From Candidatus Electrothrix sp. GW3-4 (GTDB lineage: Bacteria; Desulfobacterota; Desulfobulbia; Desulfobulbales; Desulfobulbaceae): 64,000 bases of DNA. Below are positions 40,217 through 51,146 of this stretch, in pieces. The position numbers and the translations under genes are program-made. Under the pieces are notes generated by a model that saw only the letters and a list, made by a program, of their open reading frames with translations, was not told where the DNA came from and did not search any database. The stretch is taken from NCBI RefSeq assembly GCF_037902255.1, contig NZ_CP147990.1, positions 674,751-738,750 on the forward strand, written 5' to 3'. Numbering within the stretch: position 1 is the first letter of the stretch; every line of letters starts with the position of its first letter.

Positions 40217-41770
40217 ATGAAGGATAAGAATATTACCTTGGGCGATATTTCCGATACTGATATTAATCGCAGCGGGCCTTCTGGTGCCGAGTTTGTTTAT
40301 GTCGATATTAGCAGTGTAGATCGATCTTCTAAAACTATTATCAACCCAAAAAAATTAAAAACTTCAAAAGCTCCAAGTCGAGCAAAACAGCACTTGAAAA
40401 GTGGCGATGTTCTAGTTTCTATGACTCGTCCGAATCTCAATGCTGTCGCTCTGGTTCCCCCAACGTTAACCGGTGCAATTGGCTCAACAGGCTTTCATGT
40501 TTTACGCTCAAAATGGGTAGAACCTAAATTCATATTTTATCTTGTTCAGTCCCGTGAATTCATTGATGACATGAGTCTGAGAGTTCAGGGTGCATTGTAT
40601 CCAGCAGTACGACCAGCCGACATTTCTTCCTTCTTCCTTCCTCCTTTTTCCTTGAGCTATCAGCGAAGCGTAGTAGCTCGCCTCGAAGAACTCTTCTCCG
40701 AGCTGGATAAAGGCATCGAAAGCCTGAAGACCGCGCGGGAGCAACTCAAGGTCTATCGTCAGGCATTGCTTAAACATGCCTTTGAAGGCAAACTCACCGA
40801 ACAATGGCGGAAAGACAACGCGGATAAGCTGAAAACAGCGGACCAGCTTTTGGAACGCATCAAGCAAGAGCGCGAAGCTCGCTATCAGCAACAACTGGAA
40901 GCATGGAAAGTAGCGGTTAAGCTGTGGGAGGTTGGTGGGAAGGAGGGGAAGAAGCCGAGGAAACCAGCCGGTTTCAAGGAGCTTCCACCAATTGACGAAA
41001 CTGAGCTTGATGTTTTGCCAGAGTTACCTCAAACTTGGATATATCGTCGTTTGGCAGAAATTGCGCAAATTGGCTCTGGCATGTCAGTCAGCAGGAACAG
41101 AAAACTCAATAAGCCTGTGGAGGTTCCATATTTACGAGTAGCGAATGTTCAGCGGGGTAGCCTTGCACTTGATGAAGTGAAGACCATGCTGATAGAAGAA
41201 GGACAACTTGAAGCTCTCTTACTGGAAAAGTGGGATGTACTTTTTAATGAGGGCGGAGATAGAGACAAATTAGGTAGAGGCTGGATCTGGGAATCACAAA
41301 TTGAGAGATGTATCACTCAGAATCATGTGTTCAGAGCCACTACCTATCTTGGTGGTGAGGTTCATTCAAAATTTGTTTCTCATTGGGGAAACACTTATGG
41401 TCAGAACTATTTTGATAAAGGTGGTAAGCAAACCACTAATCTGGCGTCTATCAACAAGACTGTCTTGAGCATGTTTCCGATTCCAGTTCCTTCAGAAGAG
41501 GAACAGGAGCAAATCATTAAAGAGCTTGAAGAAAAGATGTCTACACTGGATTCATTCGAGATGGATATAGATACATCTCTCACAAAATCCGAAGCCCTTC
41601 GCCAATCCATCCTCAAAAAAGCCTTCTCCGGCCAACTGGTCCCCCAAGACCCCAACGACGAACCCGCCTCCGTCCTGCTAGAACGCATCGCCAAAGAAAA
41701 GGAAGCAGCCGCAGTCAAGGCCAAAAAAGCCAAGACCGTGAAGAAGAGAACGAAAAAAGGATGTACATGA
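40217..41770 (+). CDS. hsdS: Type I RM specificity subunit (HsdS) with two target-recognition domains and central/terminal coiled-coil repeats.
   Basis: Start at ATG 40217 (MKDKNITLGDISD…). Conserved LPPxxEQxxI spacer motifs. Repeated EALRQSILKKAF-type helix. Confidence 0.8.
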   Translation: MKDKNITLGDISDTDINRSGPSGAEFVYVDISSVDRSSKTIINPKKLKTSKAPSRAKQHLKSGDVLVSMTRPNLNAVALVPPTLTGAIGSTGFHVLRSKWVEPKFIFYLVQSREFIDDMSLRVQGALYPAVRPADISSFFLPPFSLSYQRSVVARLEELFSELDKGIESLKTAREQLKVYRQALLKHAFEGKLTEQWRKDNADKLKTADQLLERIKQEREARYQQQLEAWKVAVKLWEVGGKEGKKPRKPAGFKELPPIDETELDVLPELPQTWIYRRLAEIAQIGSGMSVSRNRKLNKPVEVPYLRVANVQRGSLALDEVKTMLIEEGQLEALLLEKWDVLFNEGGDRDKLGRGWIWESQIERCITQNHVFRATTYLGGEVHSKFVSHWGNTYGQNYFDKGGKQTTNLASINKTVLSMFPIPVPSEEEQEQIIKELEEKMSTLDSFEMDIDTSLTKSEALRQSILKKAFSGQLVPQDPNDEPASVLLERIAKEKEAAAVKAKKAKTVKKRTKKGCT

Positions 41771-42421
41771 TGGCTGTGCCTGGCGTTGAAACACCCTTTC
41801 GGCAGTCCCTCCGGGACGGGTTGAGTTTTCGGCAGGGAATGCATCAAAAAGACGTACAGCGTCCCGGAGGGACAGCCCGGTAATAGCCCCGTGATTTATC
41901 GCGGGGTGTTGTGTGTCCGACATCCTGTTGTATAAATAAATCCCCAGGGTTAAAACCCTGGGCTATGTTCGTTCGTCCCTTCGGGATGCTGTTTCCCGGA
42001 AATCCCCGCCCTGGAGGGGCGATCTATAATAGCCCACCGTTTTAACGGTGGGTGGCCCTGAATCAGTTATTCGAAATTTTCGAATAACTGCTGCCGATTG
42101 AGTTGAATGGAAATCAGTTATCCGAAATTTTCGGATAACTGCCGCCGATGGAAAAAATCACACCAGAATCATTCATGATCGTCTGTATACGTCCGATTTT
42201 TACTGGTGCCCAAGCTCTGCTTGGGTATCTCTGAATACAGAAGCTCCGGCTTCGGGAAATGAAGCGGAGCTTCAGAAAATGCAGTTCCCAAGCCGGAGCT
42301 TGGGAACCAGAGAAATAACTGCCGCTGATGGAAAAAACACACCAGAATCATTCAGAATCGTCTGGAGACGTCCGGTTTTGACCTTCTGATACAATAAACA
42401 AGCAGAGAGCGAAAAGAAAAA
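41771..42421. repeat. 650-bp non-coding, highly structured insert between hsdS and hsdM. It contains the following.
- 14-bp long-range inverted repeat at 41805-41818 / 41860-41873.
- Perfect palindromes at 42033-42052, 42064-42091 (28 bp CAGTTATTCGAAAATTTTCGAATAACTG) and 42116-42142 (27 bp).
- About 70-bp direct repeats at ~42135-42200 and ~42315-42380.
- Several GC hairpins at 42200-42310.
   Basis: Read directly from the sequence. No ORF over 40 aa. Confidence 0.7.
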
Positions 42422-43921
42422 ATGAACGCCGAAACCCTTATTTCCAAAGTCTGGAGTTTCTGTACCACCCTCAGGGATGATGGCGTCGGCTATGGCGACT
42501 ACCTGGAACAACTGACCTATCTCATCTTCCTGAAAATGGCGGATGAATACCGCAGGCCCCCCTATAAGCGCGATGTCGGTATCCCGGAGGAGTTCACCTG
42601 GAACAGCCTGCGCAGCAAAAAGGGCGCAGAGCTGGAAGGGCATTATATTACCCTGCTCCGGGAGCTGGGCATGAAGAAGGGCATGCTCGGCCAGATCTTC
42701 ACCAAATCCCAGAACAAGATTCAGGACCCGGCCAAGCTCTCCCGCCTGGTGGAGATGGTCAATGACACCGATTGGGTCATGCTGGATGCCGATACCAAGG
42801 GCACCATCTACGAAGGGCTTCTGGAAAAGAACGCCGAAGACACCAAGTCCGGCGCTGGTCAGTATTTCACCCCGCGCTCCCTGATCAAGGCCATGGTCGC
42901 CTGTATGCGCCCGGAACCCATGCAGACCATTGCCGACCCTGCCTGCGGTACCGGCGGCTTTTTCCTTTCTGCCTATGATCACCTGATCGGCAATCATAAG
43001 CTCGATAAAAAGCAGAAGGCCTTTCTCAAGTTTGCAACCTTTAGCGGCAATGAGATCGTCTCCAATACCCGCCGCATGTGCCTGATGAACATGTTTCTCC
43101 ACAACATCGGCGAAATTGATGGCGAGAGTGCGGTGAGCGCCAACGACGCCCTGATTGCTCCTCCCGCCTACACCGTGGATATGGTGCTGGCCAATCCGCC
43201 CTTTGGTAAAAAGAGCAGCATGACCTTTACCAACCAGGAAGGGGAACAGGAGAAAGACGACCTGACCTATAACCGCCAGGATTTCTGGGCCACCACCTCC
43301 AACAAGCAGGTCAACTTTGTCCAGCACATCCGCTCCATGCTCAAATCCACAGGTCGGGCCGCTGTGGTGGTCCCTGATAACGTCCTCTTTGAAGGCGGGG
43401 CTGGGGAAACCGTGCGCAAGAAGCTCATGGAGACCACAGAACTCCACACCATTTTGCGGCTGCCCACTGGTATCTTTTACGCCAACGGGGTCAAGGCCAA
43501 TGTCCTCTTTTTCGATAACCGCCCGGCCCAGAAAGAGCCCTGGACCAAGGAGGTGTGGTTCTACGATTACCGCACTAATATTCACCACACCCTGAAGAAA
43601 AAGCCCCTGCGCCTGGAGCATCTTCAGGACTTTATTGCCTGCTATAGCCCGGAAAACCGTCATAAGCGAGAAGCAACCTGGGATGCTGCAACCAACCCCG
43701 AGGGGCGGTGGCGGAAGTACGTCTATAATGATATCATCGCCAGAGACAAAATCAGCCTGGATATCTTCTGGCTCAAGGATAAATCCCTGGCCGACCTGGA
43801 CAACCTGCCTGAGCCGGAAGATCTGGCCGCAGAGATTATCGAAAACATTGAAGCAGGGTTGCAGAGTTTCCGGGAAGTTGCTGTTGGTTTAAGCGTAATT
43901 AGCACATCCACAGAGGGGTAG
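42422..43921 (+). CDS. hsdM: Type I RM N6-adenine DNA methyltransferase (HsdM).
   Basis: N-terminal HsdM_N (DYLEQLTYLIFLKMADE), NPPFG catalytic motif, AdoMet motif I DPACGTGGF. Confidence 0.9.
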   Translation: MNAETLISKVWSFCTTLRDDGVGYGDYLEQLTYLIFLKMADEYRRPPYKRDVGIPEEFTWNSLRSKKGAELEGHYITLLRELGMKKGMLGQIFTKSQNKIQDPAKLSRLVEMVNDTDWVMLDADTKGTIYEGLLEKNAEDTKSGAGQYFTPRSLIKAMVACMRPEPMQTIADPACGTGGFFLSAYDHLIGNHKLDKKQKAFLKFATFSGNEIVSNTRRMCLMNMFLHNIGEIDGESAVSANDALIAPPAYTVDMVLANPPFGKKSSMTFTNQEGEQEKDDLTYNRQDFWATTSNKQVNFVQHIRSMLKSTGRAAVVVPDNVLFEGGAGETVRKKLMETTELHTILRLPTGIFYANGVKANVLFFDNRPAQKEPWTKEVWFYDYRTNIHHTLKKKPLRLEHLQDFIACYSPENRHKREATWDAATNPEGRWRKYVYNDIIARDKISLDIFWLKDKSLADLDNLPEPEDLAAEIIENIEAGLQSFREVAVGLSVISTSTEG

Positions 43922-43924
43922 CAC

Positions 43925-43951
43925 TGTAGGGGCGAATCCCTGTGTTCGTCC
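43925..43951. repeat. REP-like palindromic unit TGTAGGGGCGAATCCCTGTGTTCGTCC immediately after hsdM.
   Basis: Same family as the intragenic hrpA repeats at 5589-5660. Confidence 0.55.
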
Positions 43952-44062
43952 TTGTATATCAGACGGTTTGAGCAATGCGTTGTCCGCTTTCGTTTTGTTC
44001 AAGCAGATCTATCCGACTGTTTCGTTATTTCATATTATTTTTTTACCCAAGGGAGAAAAACA

Positions 44063-44389
44063 ATGGCATCTATTGAGCACAATGGTATCACCTATGAGGT
44101 TGATTATGACGGTTTCCTGTTGAACGGTTCTGAGGAATGGGACGATAACTGGGTTGATTACGTAAAGGGTATTGAAGGTATCAACGACATAACCGATGAG
44201 CATCAGAAAGTTATTGTCGCTCTGCAGGAATACTACAAGAAGAATGGTATTCCCCCCATGCACGATATTATTTGTTCCAAGGTTACAGGGTTCCCGTTGA
44301 AGAAAATCTACGAGCTGTTCCCGTCAGGGCCTATTAAAGGAGCCCGTAAAATGGCTGGGTTACCCCAAATTAATCCCTCTACTATCTGA
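44063..44389 (+). CDS. DsrC/TusE-family protein lacking both conserved C-terminal cysteines.
   Basis: MASIEHNGITYEVDYDGFLLNGSEEWDDNW…YELFPSGPIKGARKMAGLPQINPSTI follows the DsrC fold pattern. The tail is …AGLPQINPSTI instead of …CxxAGLPKPxGCV. Confidence 0.65.
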   Translation: MASIEHNGITYEVDYDGFLLNGSEEWDDNWVDYVKGIEGINDITDEHQKVIVALQEYYKKNGIPPMHDIICSKVTGFPLKKIYELFPSGPIKGARKMAGLPQINPSTI

Positions 44390-44419
44390 CTTGAATTAAC
44401 TGAAGCTCAAAAAGTTCCG

Positions 44420-45801
<1,382 letters not shown>

Positions 45802-45858
45802 TCAATTTCATAATACAAGGTCTGATTTCGCTTTACTCAATCAAGACCTACACAGTTC

Positions 45859-46497
45859 ATGTGGACCGCCATGTTCCACCAAGATAACCTTACCCGCAGC
45901 TTAGCCAAAATAGGAGCACAACCCTCTTTTTCCATTTTCGATAAACTCAAACAAGTCTATACGGAGCCGGGACGCTACTATCATACGGATAAGCATATTA
46001 CCGACTGCCTGACTCATGTACAACCCCTCCGCCATCAAGCAACGCATCCAGCGGAGATTGCAATCGCGCTCTGGTTTCACGACGCAATCTACGACACCCG
46101 CAGGGAAGACAACGAAGAGCAAAGTGCGGAATGGGCAGTCAACTTTCTTGGAGCATCTGAGGTCAAACAGGCAGTCATAGACCGGATAGCCCGTCTGATC
46201 ATGGTGACCAAAATCCATGATCCCTTTGATGCCGATACCGCTCTCATGACAGATATTGACCTCAGCATCTTAGGTGCGCAGCCCCAGCTGTTTGAGCAAT
46301 ATGATGCTGATATTCGCCGTGAATACGCTTGGGTTCCAGACGAACAATTTCGACAAGGGCGTGTACAGGTTCTGAAGAGCTTTCTGGAGCGAGCAAGAAT
46401 CTACACAACAGCCTATTTTTCAGAGCAATACGAAGAGCAGGCCCGAGTGAATCTCAAGCGCAAAATTAAGCAGCTTTCCTCTGGTTTGTTGCTGTAA
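45859..46497 (+). CDS. Predicted HD-superfamily metal-dependent phosphohydrolase.
   Basis: RYYHTDKHI … WFHDAIYD (H…HD…D pattern). 212 aa. Confidence 0.5.
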   Translation: MWTAMFHQDNLTRSLAKIGAQPSFSIFDKLKQVYTEPGRYYHTDKHITDCLTHVQPLRHQATHPAEIAIALWFHDAIYDTRREDNEEQSAEWAVNFLGASEVKQAVIDRIARLIMVTKIHDPFDADTALMTDIDLSILGAQPQLFEQYDADIRREYAWVPDEQFRQGRVQVLKSFLERARIYTTAYFSEQYEEQARVNLKRKIKQLSSGLLL

Positions 46498-46538
46498 TAC
46501 CGAGAGATGAAAGATGGATAGAGACAAAGGAGGGCAGT

Positions 46539-47180
46539 ATGCGTAGCTTTCGAGAATGGACCTTGGCGGAACTGGACAGAGCGTTTAAACTAACTGTTCT
46601 TGATACCAGCCCGGTGCTGGAAAATTGGCTCAATGGCCAAGCGGAAATATCCTCCTATGAACAGCAAGCCTTAGGCTCTTTTCAAACCCTGTTAAAGACC
46701 CATGTCTATGACTGGAACGAGACCGAGCTCGCCTATAATTTCATTGGCCCGCTCATGACCCTGGTTCGTTTCAGCACAAAAGAATTTAATTTTTTTGCGG
46801 AACGTCCCTTATCTGGTGTTGTAGATGAGGTCGAAATGACAGGCAGGCCTGACGGCATTATTGCCTCTGGTTTTCGGGAGCCGCAACAGCCCTATTTTTG
46901 CCTCCAGGAATATAAGAAAGAAAAAGACCCAGAGGGCGATCCCGCAGCCCAGGTACTTGCAGCCATGCTGGTGGCCCAGGAGCTGAATCAGCATAAATTA
47001 CCAGTGTATGGTTGTTATGTGAAAGGGGAGGTCTGGCATTTTCTCACCCTGGAAGAGCGATCCTATGCAATCAGTCAGGGATATCTGGCCTCCCGGCAGG
47101 CGGATCTCAATGAAATTTTCACCATCCTGAAGCGTCTCAAAGTAATCATTACCGCTTTTACAAGCAGAACAGACACATGA
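46539..47180 (+). CDS. Hypothetical 213-aa protein translationally coupled to oleC.
   Basis: ATGA overlap with the oleC start. No recognisable motif. Confidence 0.5.
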   Translation: MRSFREWTLAELDRAFKLTVLDTSPVLENWLNGQAEISSYEQQALGSFQTLLKTHVYDWNETELAYNFIGPLMTLVRFSTKEFNFFAERPLSGVVDEVEMTGRPDGIIASGFREPQQPYFCLQEYKKEKDPEGDPAAQVLAAMLVAQELNQHKLPVYGCYVKGEVWHFLTLEERSYAISQGYLASRQADLNEIFTILKRLKVIITAFTSRTDT

Positions 47181-48817
47181 ATAACTGCAACATCGGTGCG
47201 GCTCTGCATAAGGCCGCCGCAGAACGGAAAGACGCCGTTGCCCTGGTCACGGGCAAGAACGGCAAATATCAACAATGGACCTTCCGGCAGGTGGTGGAAA
47301 ACAGCAATAGCTTCGCCAATGCCCTGCGGAAAAGAGGTGTACAGCGCGGCGACCGGATCATGCTCATGGTGCGGCCGTCCATGGAGTTCATCTGTCTGAC
47401 CTATGCCCTGTTCCAACTGGGCGCCGTGGTGATCCTCATAGATCCGGGCATGGGCTATAAGAACCTGCTCCGCTGTATCGGTTCGGTCCAGCCCAAGGTG
47501 CTAATCGCCATTCCCCAGGTGCATCTTTTTTCCCGTTTATTTCGCCAGCCCTTTAAATCGGTGAAGCAACGCTTCTGCATTGGCCAACCCTTTTTCGGGT
47601 TGTGCGGCGTCTATCTGCAAGGCGCAGCCCAGAAGGCTGGCCAGTATTTCAGTCCGGTGCAGACGGACGAGGATGAACTGGCCGCGATTATTTTCACCAC
47701 CGGTTCCACCGGTCCGCCTAAAGGAGTGCAGTACACCCACGGCATCTTTTATCACCAACTGCAACAGATCCGGGAGTATTACGGCATCGGTCCCCAGGAT
47801 ATCGACCAGCCCGGCTTTCCCCTGTTCGGGCTTTTTGCCACCGCCCTGGGTGCGGCGGCGGTGATTCCGGATATGGACCCCACTCGCCCTGCCGAGGTTG
47901 ACCCGGTCAAGTTCATCCGCTCCATCCAGGATAAGCAGGTCACCTATTCCTTTGGCTCCCCTGCCATCTGGAACGTGGTGAGCCGCTACTGCATTGACCA
48001 GGATATCACCCTGCCGGTACGGAAGATCCTCATGGCCGGGGCCCCGGTGCCGGGCGAGCTGATTGAACGAGTCCAGCGGATCATGCCTGAGGAGGGGGAG
48101 GTCTACACCCCCTACGGTGCCACCGAGAGCCTGCCCTCCACCTCCATCACCGGGCGGGAGATCCTCCAGGAGACCTGGGCCCAGACCCGGCTTGGTAAAG
48201 GTACCTGTGTTGGTCGCCCTTTGCCAGGGATGCGGGTTGCAATTATCCGACCGGTTGATGGTCCGCTGGCTCATTGGAACGAGGCCGAGGTCCTGCCCTT
48301 CGGGACCATCGGCGAGATCGCGGTCAAAGGTCCGGTGGTGACCCCGGCCTATGATCATAATGAGCAGGAAACCCAGCTGGCCAAGATCGCGGATCAGGAG
48401 GGGCTCTGGCATCGTATGGGCGATATGGGCTACCAGGATGAGCAGGGACGGCTCTGGTTTTGCGGTCGTAAGGCCCACCGGGTCCTGACTGAAGATGGTC
48501 CCATGTACACGATTTGCTGCGAGGCCATCTTTAACGAACACCCTGAGGTCTTTTGTTCTGCCCTGGTTGGTCTGGGTGAGCCAGGCAAGCAGGAGCCTGT
48601 GTTGACGGTGGAGTTGCACGCGAAAAAGGCCAAGGATGAAGAGCGTCTTTGCGCGGAACTGCATGAGCTGGCCCGTGCCAATCCCCTGACCAGCAAGATT
48701 GAGACCTTTATGATCTTTGCGGCCTTTCCGGTGGATATTCGTCATAATGCGAAGATCTTCCGGGAAAAGCTGGCGGTTTGGGCCCAGCAGCGCATGGAGT
48801 GCCGCCAGGGGCTCTGA
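47177..48817 (+). CDS. oleC: OleC-type AMP-dependent ligase (olefin beta-lactone synthetase).
   Basis: IIFTTGSTGPPKGV, VIPDMDPTRPA, HRMGDMGYQDEQGRLWFCGRK and C-terminal FPVDIRHNAKIFREKLAVWA closely match remembered OleC signatures. Confidence 0.6.
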   Translation: MNNCNIGAALHKAAAERKDAVALVTGKNGKYQQWTFRQVVENSNSFANALRKRGVQRGDRIMLMVRPSMEFICLTYALFQLGAVVILIDPGMGYKNLLRCIGSVQPKVLIAIPQVHLFSRLFRQPFKSVKQRFCIGQPFFGLCGVYLQGAAQKAGQYFSPVQTDEDELAAIIFTTGSTGPPKGVQYTHGIFYHQLQQIREYYGIGPQDIDQPGFPLFGLFATALGAAAVIPDMDPTRPAEVDPVKFIRSIQDKQVTYSFGSPAIWNVVSRYCIDQDITLPVRKILMAGAPVPGELIERVQRIMPEEGEVYTPYGATESLPSTSITGREILQETWAQTRLGKGTCVGRPLPGMRVAIIRPVDGPLAHWNEAEVLPFGTIGEIAVKGPVVTPAYDHNEQETQLAKIADQEGLWHRMGDMGYQDEQGRLWFCGRKAHRVLTEDGPMYTICCEAIFNEHPEVFCSALVGLGEPGKQEPVLTVELHAKKAKDEERLCAELHELARANPLTSKIETFMIFAAFPVDIRHNAKIFREKLAVWAQQRMECRQGL

Positions 48818-48910
48818 AAATAAGGCGAGCGCGGAGGTTCCGCGCATCCATGTTGATCAGGTAGTTTCTTGTTCTTTTTGTATCCCACTCATGAGAAAGG
48901 AGGCAATGCG

Positions 48911-49879
48911 ATGAAGTGTCTGGAGTTTGTAAATGGTGACCAAATGCCTATGTTGGGGTTGGGCACCTGGAAATCCGCACCCGGTGATGTCTACAAGGCA
49001 GTCAAGGAGGCCTTGAAGCTGGGCTATCGTCATATTGATTGTGCACCGATCTACGGGAATGAAGTCGAGGTCGGTCGAGCCCTGGCAGAGTCGATTGCTG
49101 AGGGGGTGGTGGCCCGGGAAGAGCTCTGGCTCACCTCCAAGCTCTGGAATGATTGCCATGCACCAGAAGACGTACAGCCTGCCTTGGAAAAGACTCTGGC
49201 TGATTTGCAGATAGCGTATCTGGATCTCTATCTCATTCATTGGCCCGTGGCCTTGAAGAAGGGCTCGCTTTTTCCCAATACCGGTGCTGATATGCTCTCC
49301 CTGGAGGAAATGCCGCTCGCCCAGACCTGGAGCGGTATGGAGGCGGTGCTGGCAAAGAAGCTCTGCCGTCATATTGGGGTGAGTAACTTCAGCCTGCCCA
49401 AGCTCCAGGGCCTGCTTGAGGTTGCTCAAGTGCGACCGGAGATGAACCAAGTGGAGTTGCACCCCTATTTGCAGCAGCCGGAACTGCTCGATTTTTGCCG
49501 GAAGAATGCGGTGCATATGACGGCCTATTCTCCTCTGGGCTCCCCTGATAGGCCCCTGGCCTTAAAGGCAGAGAATGAACCTCTGCTGATGGCCGATCCT
49601 GTGATCGGTCAGATTGCCCAACAGCATGGCTGTACCCCTGCCCAGGTCTTGATCAGCTGGGCTGTGCAGCGTGAGACGGTTGTTATTCCCAAGTCAATCA
49701 ACCCCGCACGAATGGAGGCGAACCTTGCTGCTGCCTCGCTGGCACTCAGAGTTGATGATATGGAGAAGATCGCGGCCCTTGATCGGCATCGTCGCTATGT
49801 CAGCGGGGATTTTTGGGTCCTTGCAGATGGTCCCTACACTGTAGGGAACCTCTGGGATGAAAAAAAGGAAGAAGGTTGA
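48911..49879 (+). CDS. Aldo/keto reductase (NADPH-dependent oxidoreductase).
   Basis: LGLGTWKS…GYRHIDCAPIYGNE AKR catalytic-tetrad context. Start at ATG 48911, with GGAGG upstream. Confidence 0.8.
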   Translation: MKCLEFVNGDQMPMLGLGTWKSAPGDVYKAVKEALKLGYRHIDCAPIYGNEVEVGRALAESIAEGVVAREELWLTSKLWNDCHAPEDVQPALEKTLADLQIAYLDLYLIHWPVALKKGSLFPNTGADMLSLEEMPLAQTWSGMEAVLAKKLCRHIGVSNFSLPKLQGLLEVAQVRPEMNQVELHPYLQQPELLDFCRKNAVHMTAYSPLGSPDRPLALKAENEPLLMADPVIGQIAQQHGCTPAQVLISWAVQRETVVIPKSINPARMEANLAAASLALRVDDMEKIAALDRHRRYVSGDFWVLADGPYTVGNLWDEKKEEG

Positions 49880-49900
49880 ACAATATGAAGAAGGAAAAGT

Positions 49901-50509
49901 ATGAAAGCAGTTGTTGTTGAACAGATTGGCGGGTTTCGTCTTGCAGATATCCCCTGTCCTGAGCCTGGTCCGGGTGAGGTCCTGATCAAAACCGCTGTCA
50001 CCGGTATGTGTCGAACCGACCTCAAGATCATCGAGGTCGGGCATCGGGACCTGGTCTTGCCCCGGGTCCCTGGGGAAGAGGTGGTGGGCACGGTCTGCGC
50101 AGTGGGGCCGGATGTTGCTCCCCAATATATGGGGCAACGGGTCTATGTCTATCCCGGGACAAGTTGCGGGCACTGTAAGGCCTGTCTGCAGGGGGCAGGC
50201 AACCTCTGCTCCGGGATGCAGATCATGGGCTTCCACCGTGACGGCGGTTTTGCCGACTATGTCGCAGCGCCAGTGGCAAGCATTATGGCGATCCCGGAGA
50301 GCTGTTCCTTTGAGCAGGCAGTAACTGCGGAGCCGCTTTCCTGCTGTCTCAATGCCCTGGAGTTATCCGAGCTGCAGGCCGGGGAACGGATCGGTATCTG
50401 GGGCGGTGGGCCTGCTGGTGCCTTTCTTGCCCGGGCTGCCCAGGCGATGGGTGCCGAGCCCATAGTCATTGAACCCCATGAAGCACGGCATTGCTATCAC
50501 GAATCCTGA
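49901..50509 (+). pseudogene. Truncated zinc-dependent MDR alcohol dehydrogenase. It has the catalytic domain plus the start of the Rossmann fold, then terminates.
   Basis: CGHCKACLQGAGNLC structural-Zn motif and GGGPAGAF, then premature end at ~200 of the expected ~340 aa. Confidence 0.6.
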
Positions 50510-51093
50510 GCCAGATCCGTTTCGGTACCACCCTGAATATTGCTGCCTCCCTGGCCAATCCAGCCCGGCCCACCCATGGTCTGCGCGGTGTTTATGCCGA
50601 GTCCCTGCTCAAGCCGGTGGCTGAGGTCATGGCCTCTATCGGCTACCAACGCGGCTTGGTGGTGCATGGCAAAGCAGACGGACAGGAAGGGGGTATGGAT
50701 GAGTTGTCGGTCTGCGGTCCTTCCACAGTGTGTGAATTTTCGGACAATGGGGAAAGGGAAGAGTACAGCCTGGCTCCAGAAGATGTCGGCTTAAAGACAG
50801 TACCGTTTGGTGAGATTGCGACCACCGGGGATCTGGATAAGGAGCGAAGACGTTTTCTCAGTGTTCTTGCGGGTAAAGGAGAGCAGGGCTGTGTGGATTT
50901 TACTTGTCTCAATGCCGGTGCGACCCTCTATGCGGGAGGACGGGCCGAGGGTATTAGAGAAGGAGTTCAGCTGGCCTCAGAAGCCATTGCCGATGGGTCG
51001 GCTCTTGCTAAGCTGAAAGGTTGGGTTGCAGTACAGAGTAACGATGGCACCGATGCTGCCGCACATCTTGCCGAGGAACTCGCTGCGTTATAA
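50491..51093 (+). pseudogene. C-terminal ~60% of anthranilate phosphoribosyltransferase (TrpD) without its N-terminus, in a different frame from the ADH fragment.
   Basis: …NIAASLANPARP…GLVVHGKADGQEGGMDELS…LNAGATLYAGG matches the TrpD C-terminal half. No other trp genes nearby. Confidence 0.55.
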
Positions 51094-51103
51094 GAGGAGA
51101 GAA

Positions 51104-51146
51104 GAGGGGAAAAAACAAGGGCAAGACGAACAACCGCTCGTCTTGC
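51104..51146 (-). terminator. Rho-independent terminator (hairpin GCAAGACGA…TCGTCTTGC with a T-run on the minus strand) after the cytochrome operon.
   Basis: 9-bp stem. The plus-strand A6 run at 51110-51116 provides the minus-strand T-tract. Confidence 0.5.

Noticed and set aside
41767-41889. 40-codon ORF starting at the hsdS stop.
   Set aside because: It is spanned by the 14-bp long-range inverted repeat. More likely structured non-coding DNA than a peptide.
41771-42421. Possible CRISPR array between hsdS and hsdM.
   Set aside because: The repeats are palindromes of different sequences with irregular spacing. There is no constant repeat/spacer periodicity and no cas genes.
42272-43663. 463-aa minus-strand ORF.
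   Set aside because: Antisense to hsdM, which has unambiguous MTase motifs.
47537-48847. 436-aa minus-strand ORF, and also 36956..38089 (-) and 38153..38755 (-).
   Set aside because: Antisense to oleC and hsdR respectively. These are spurious.
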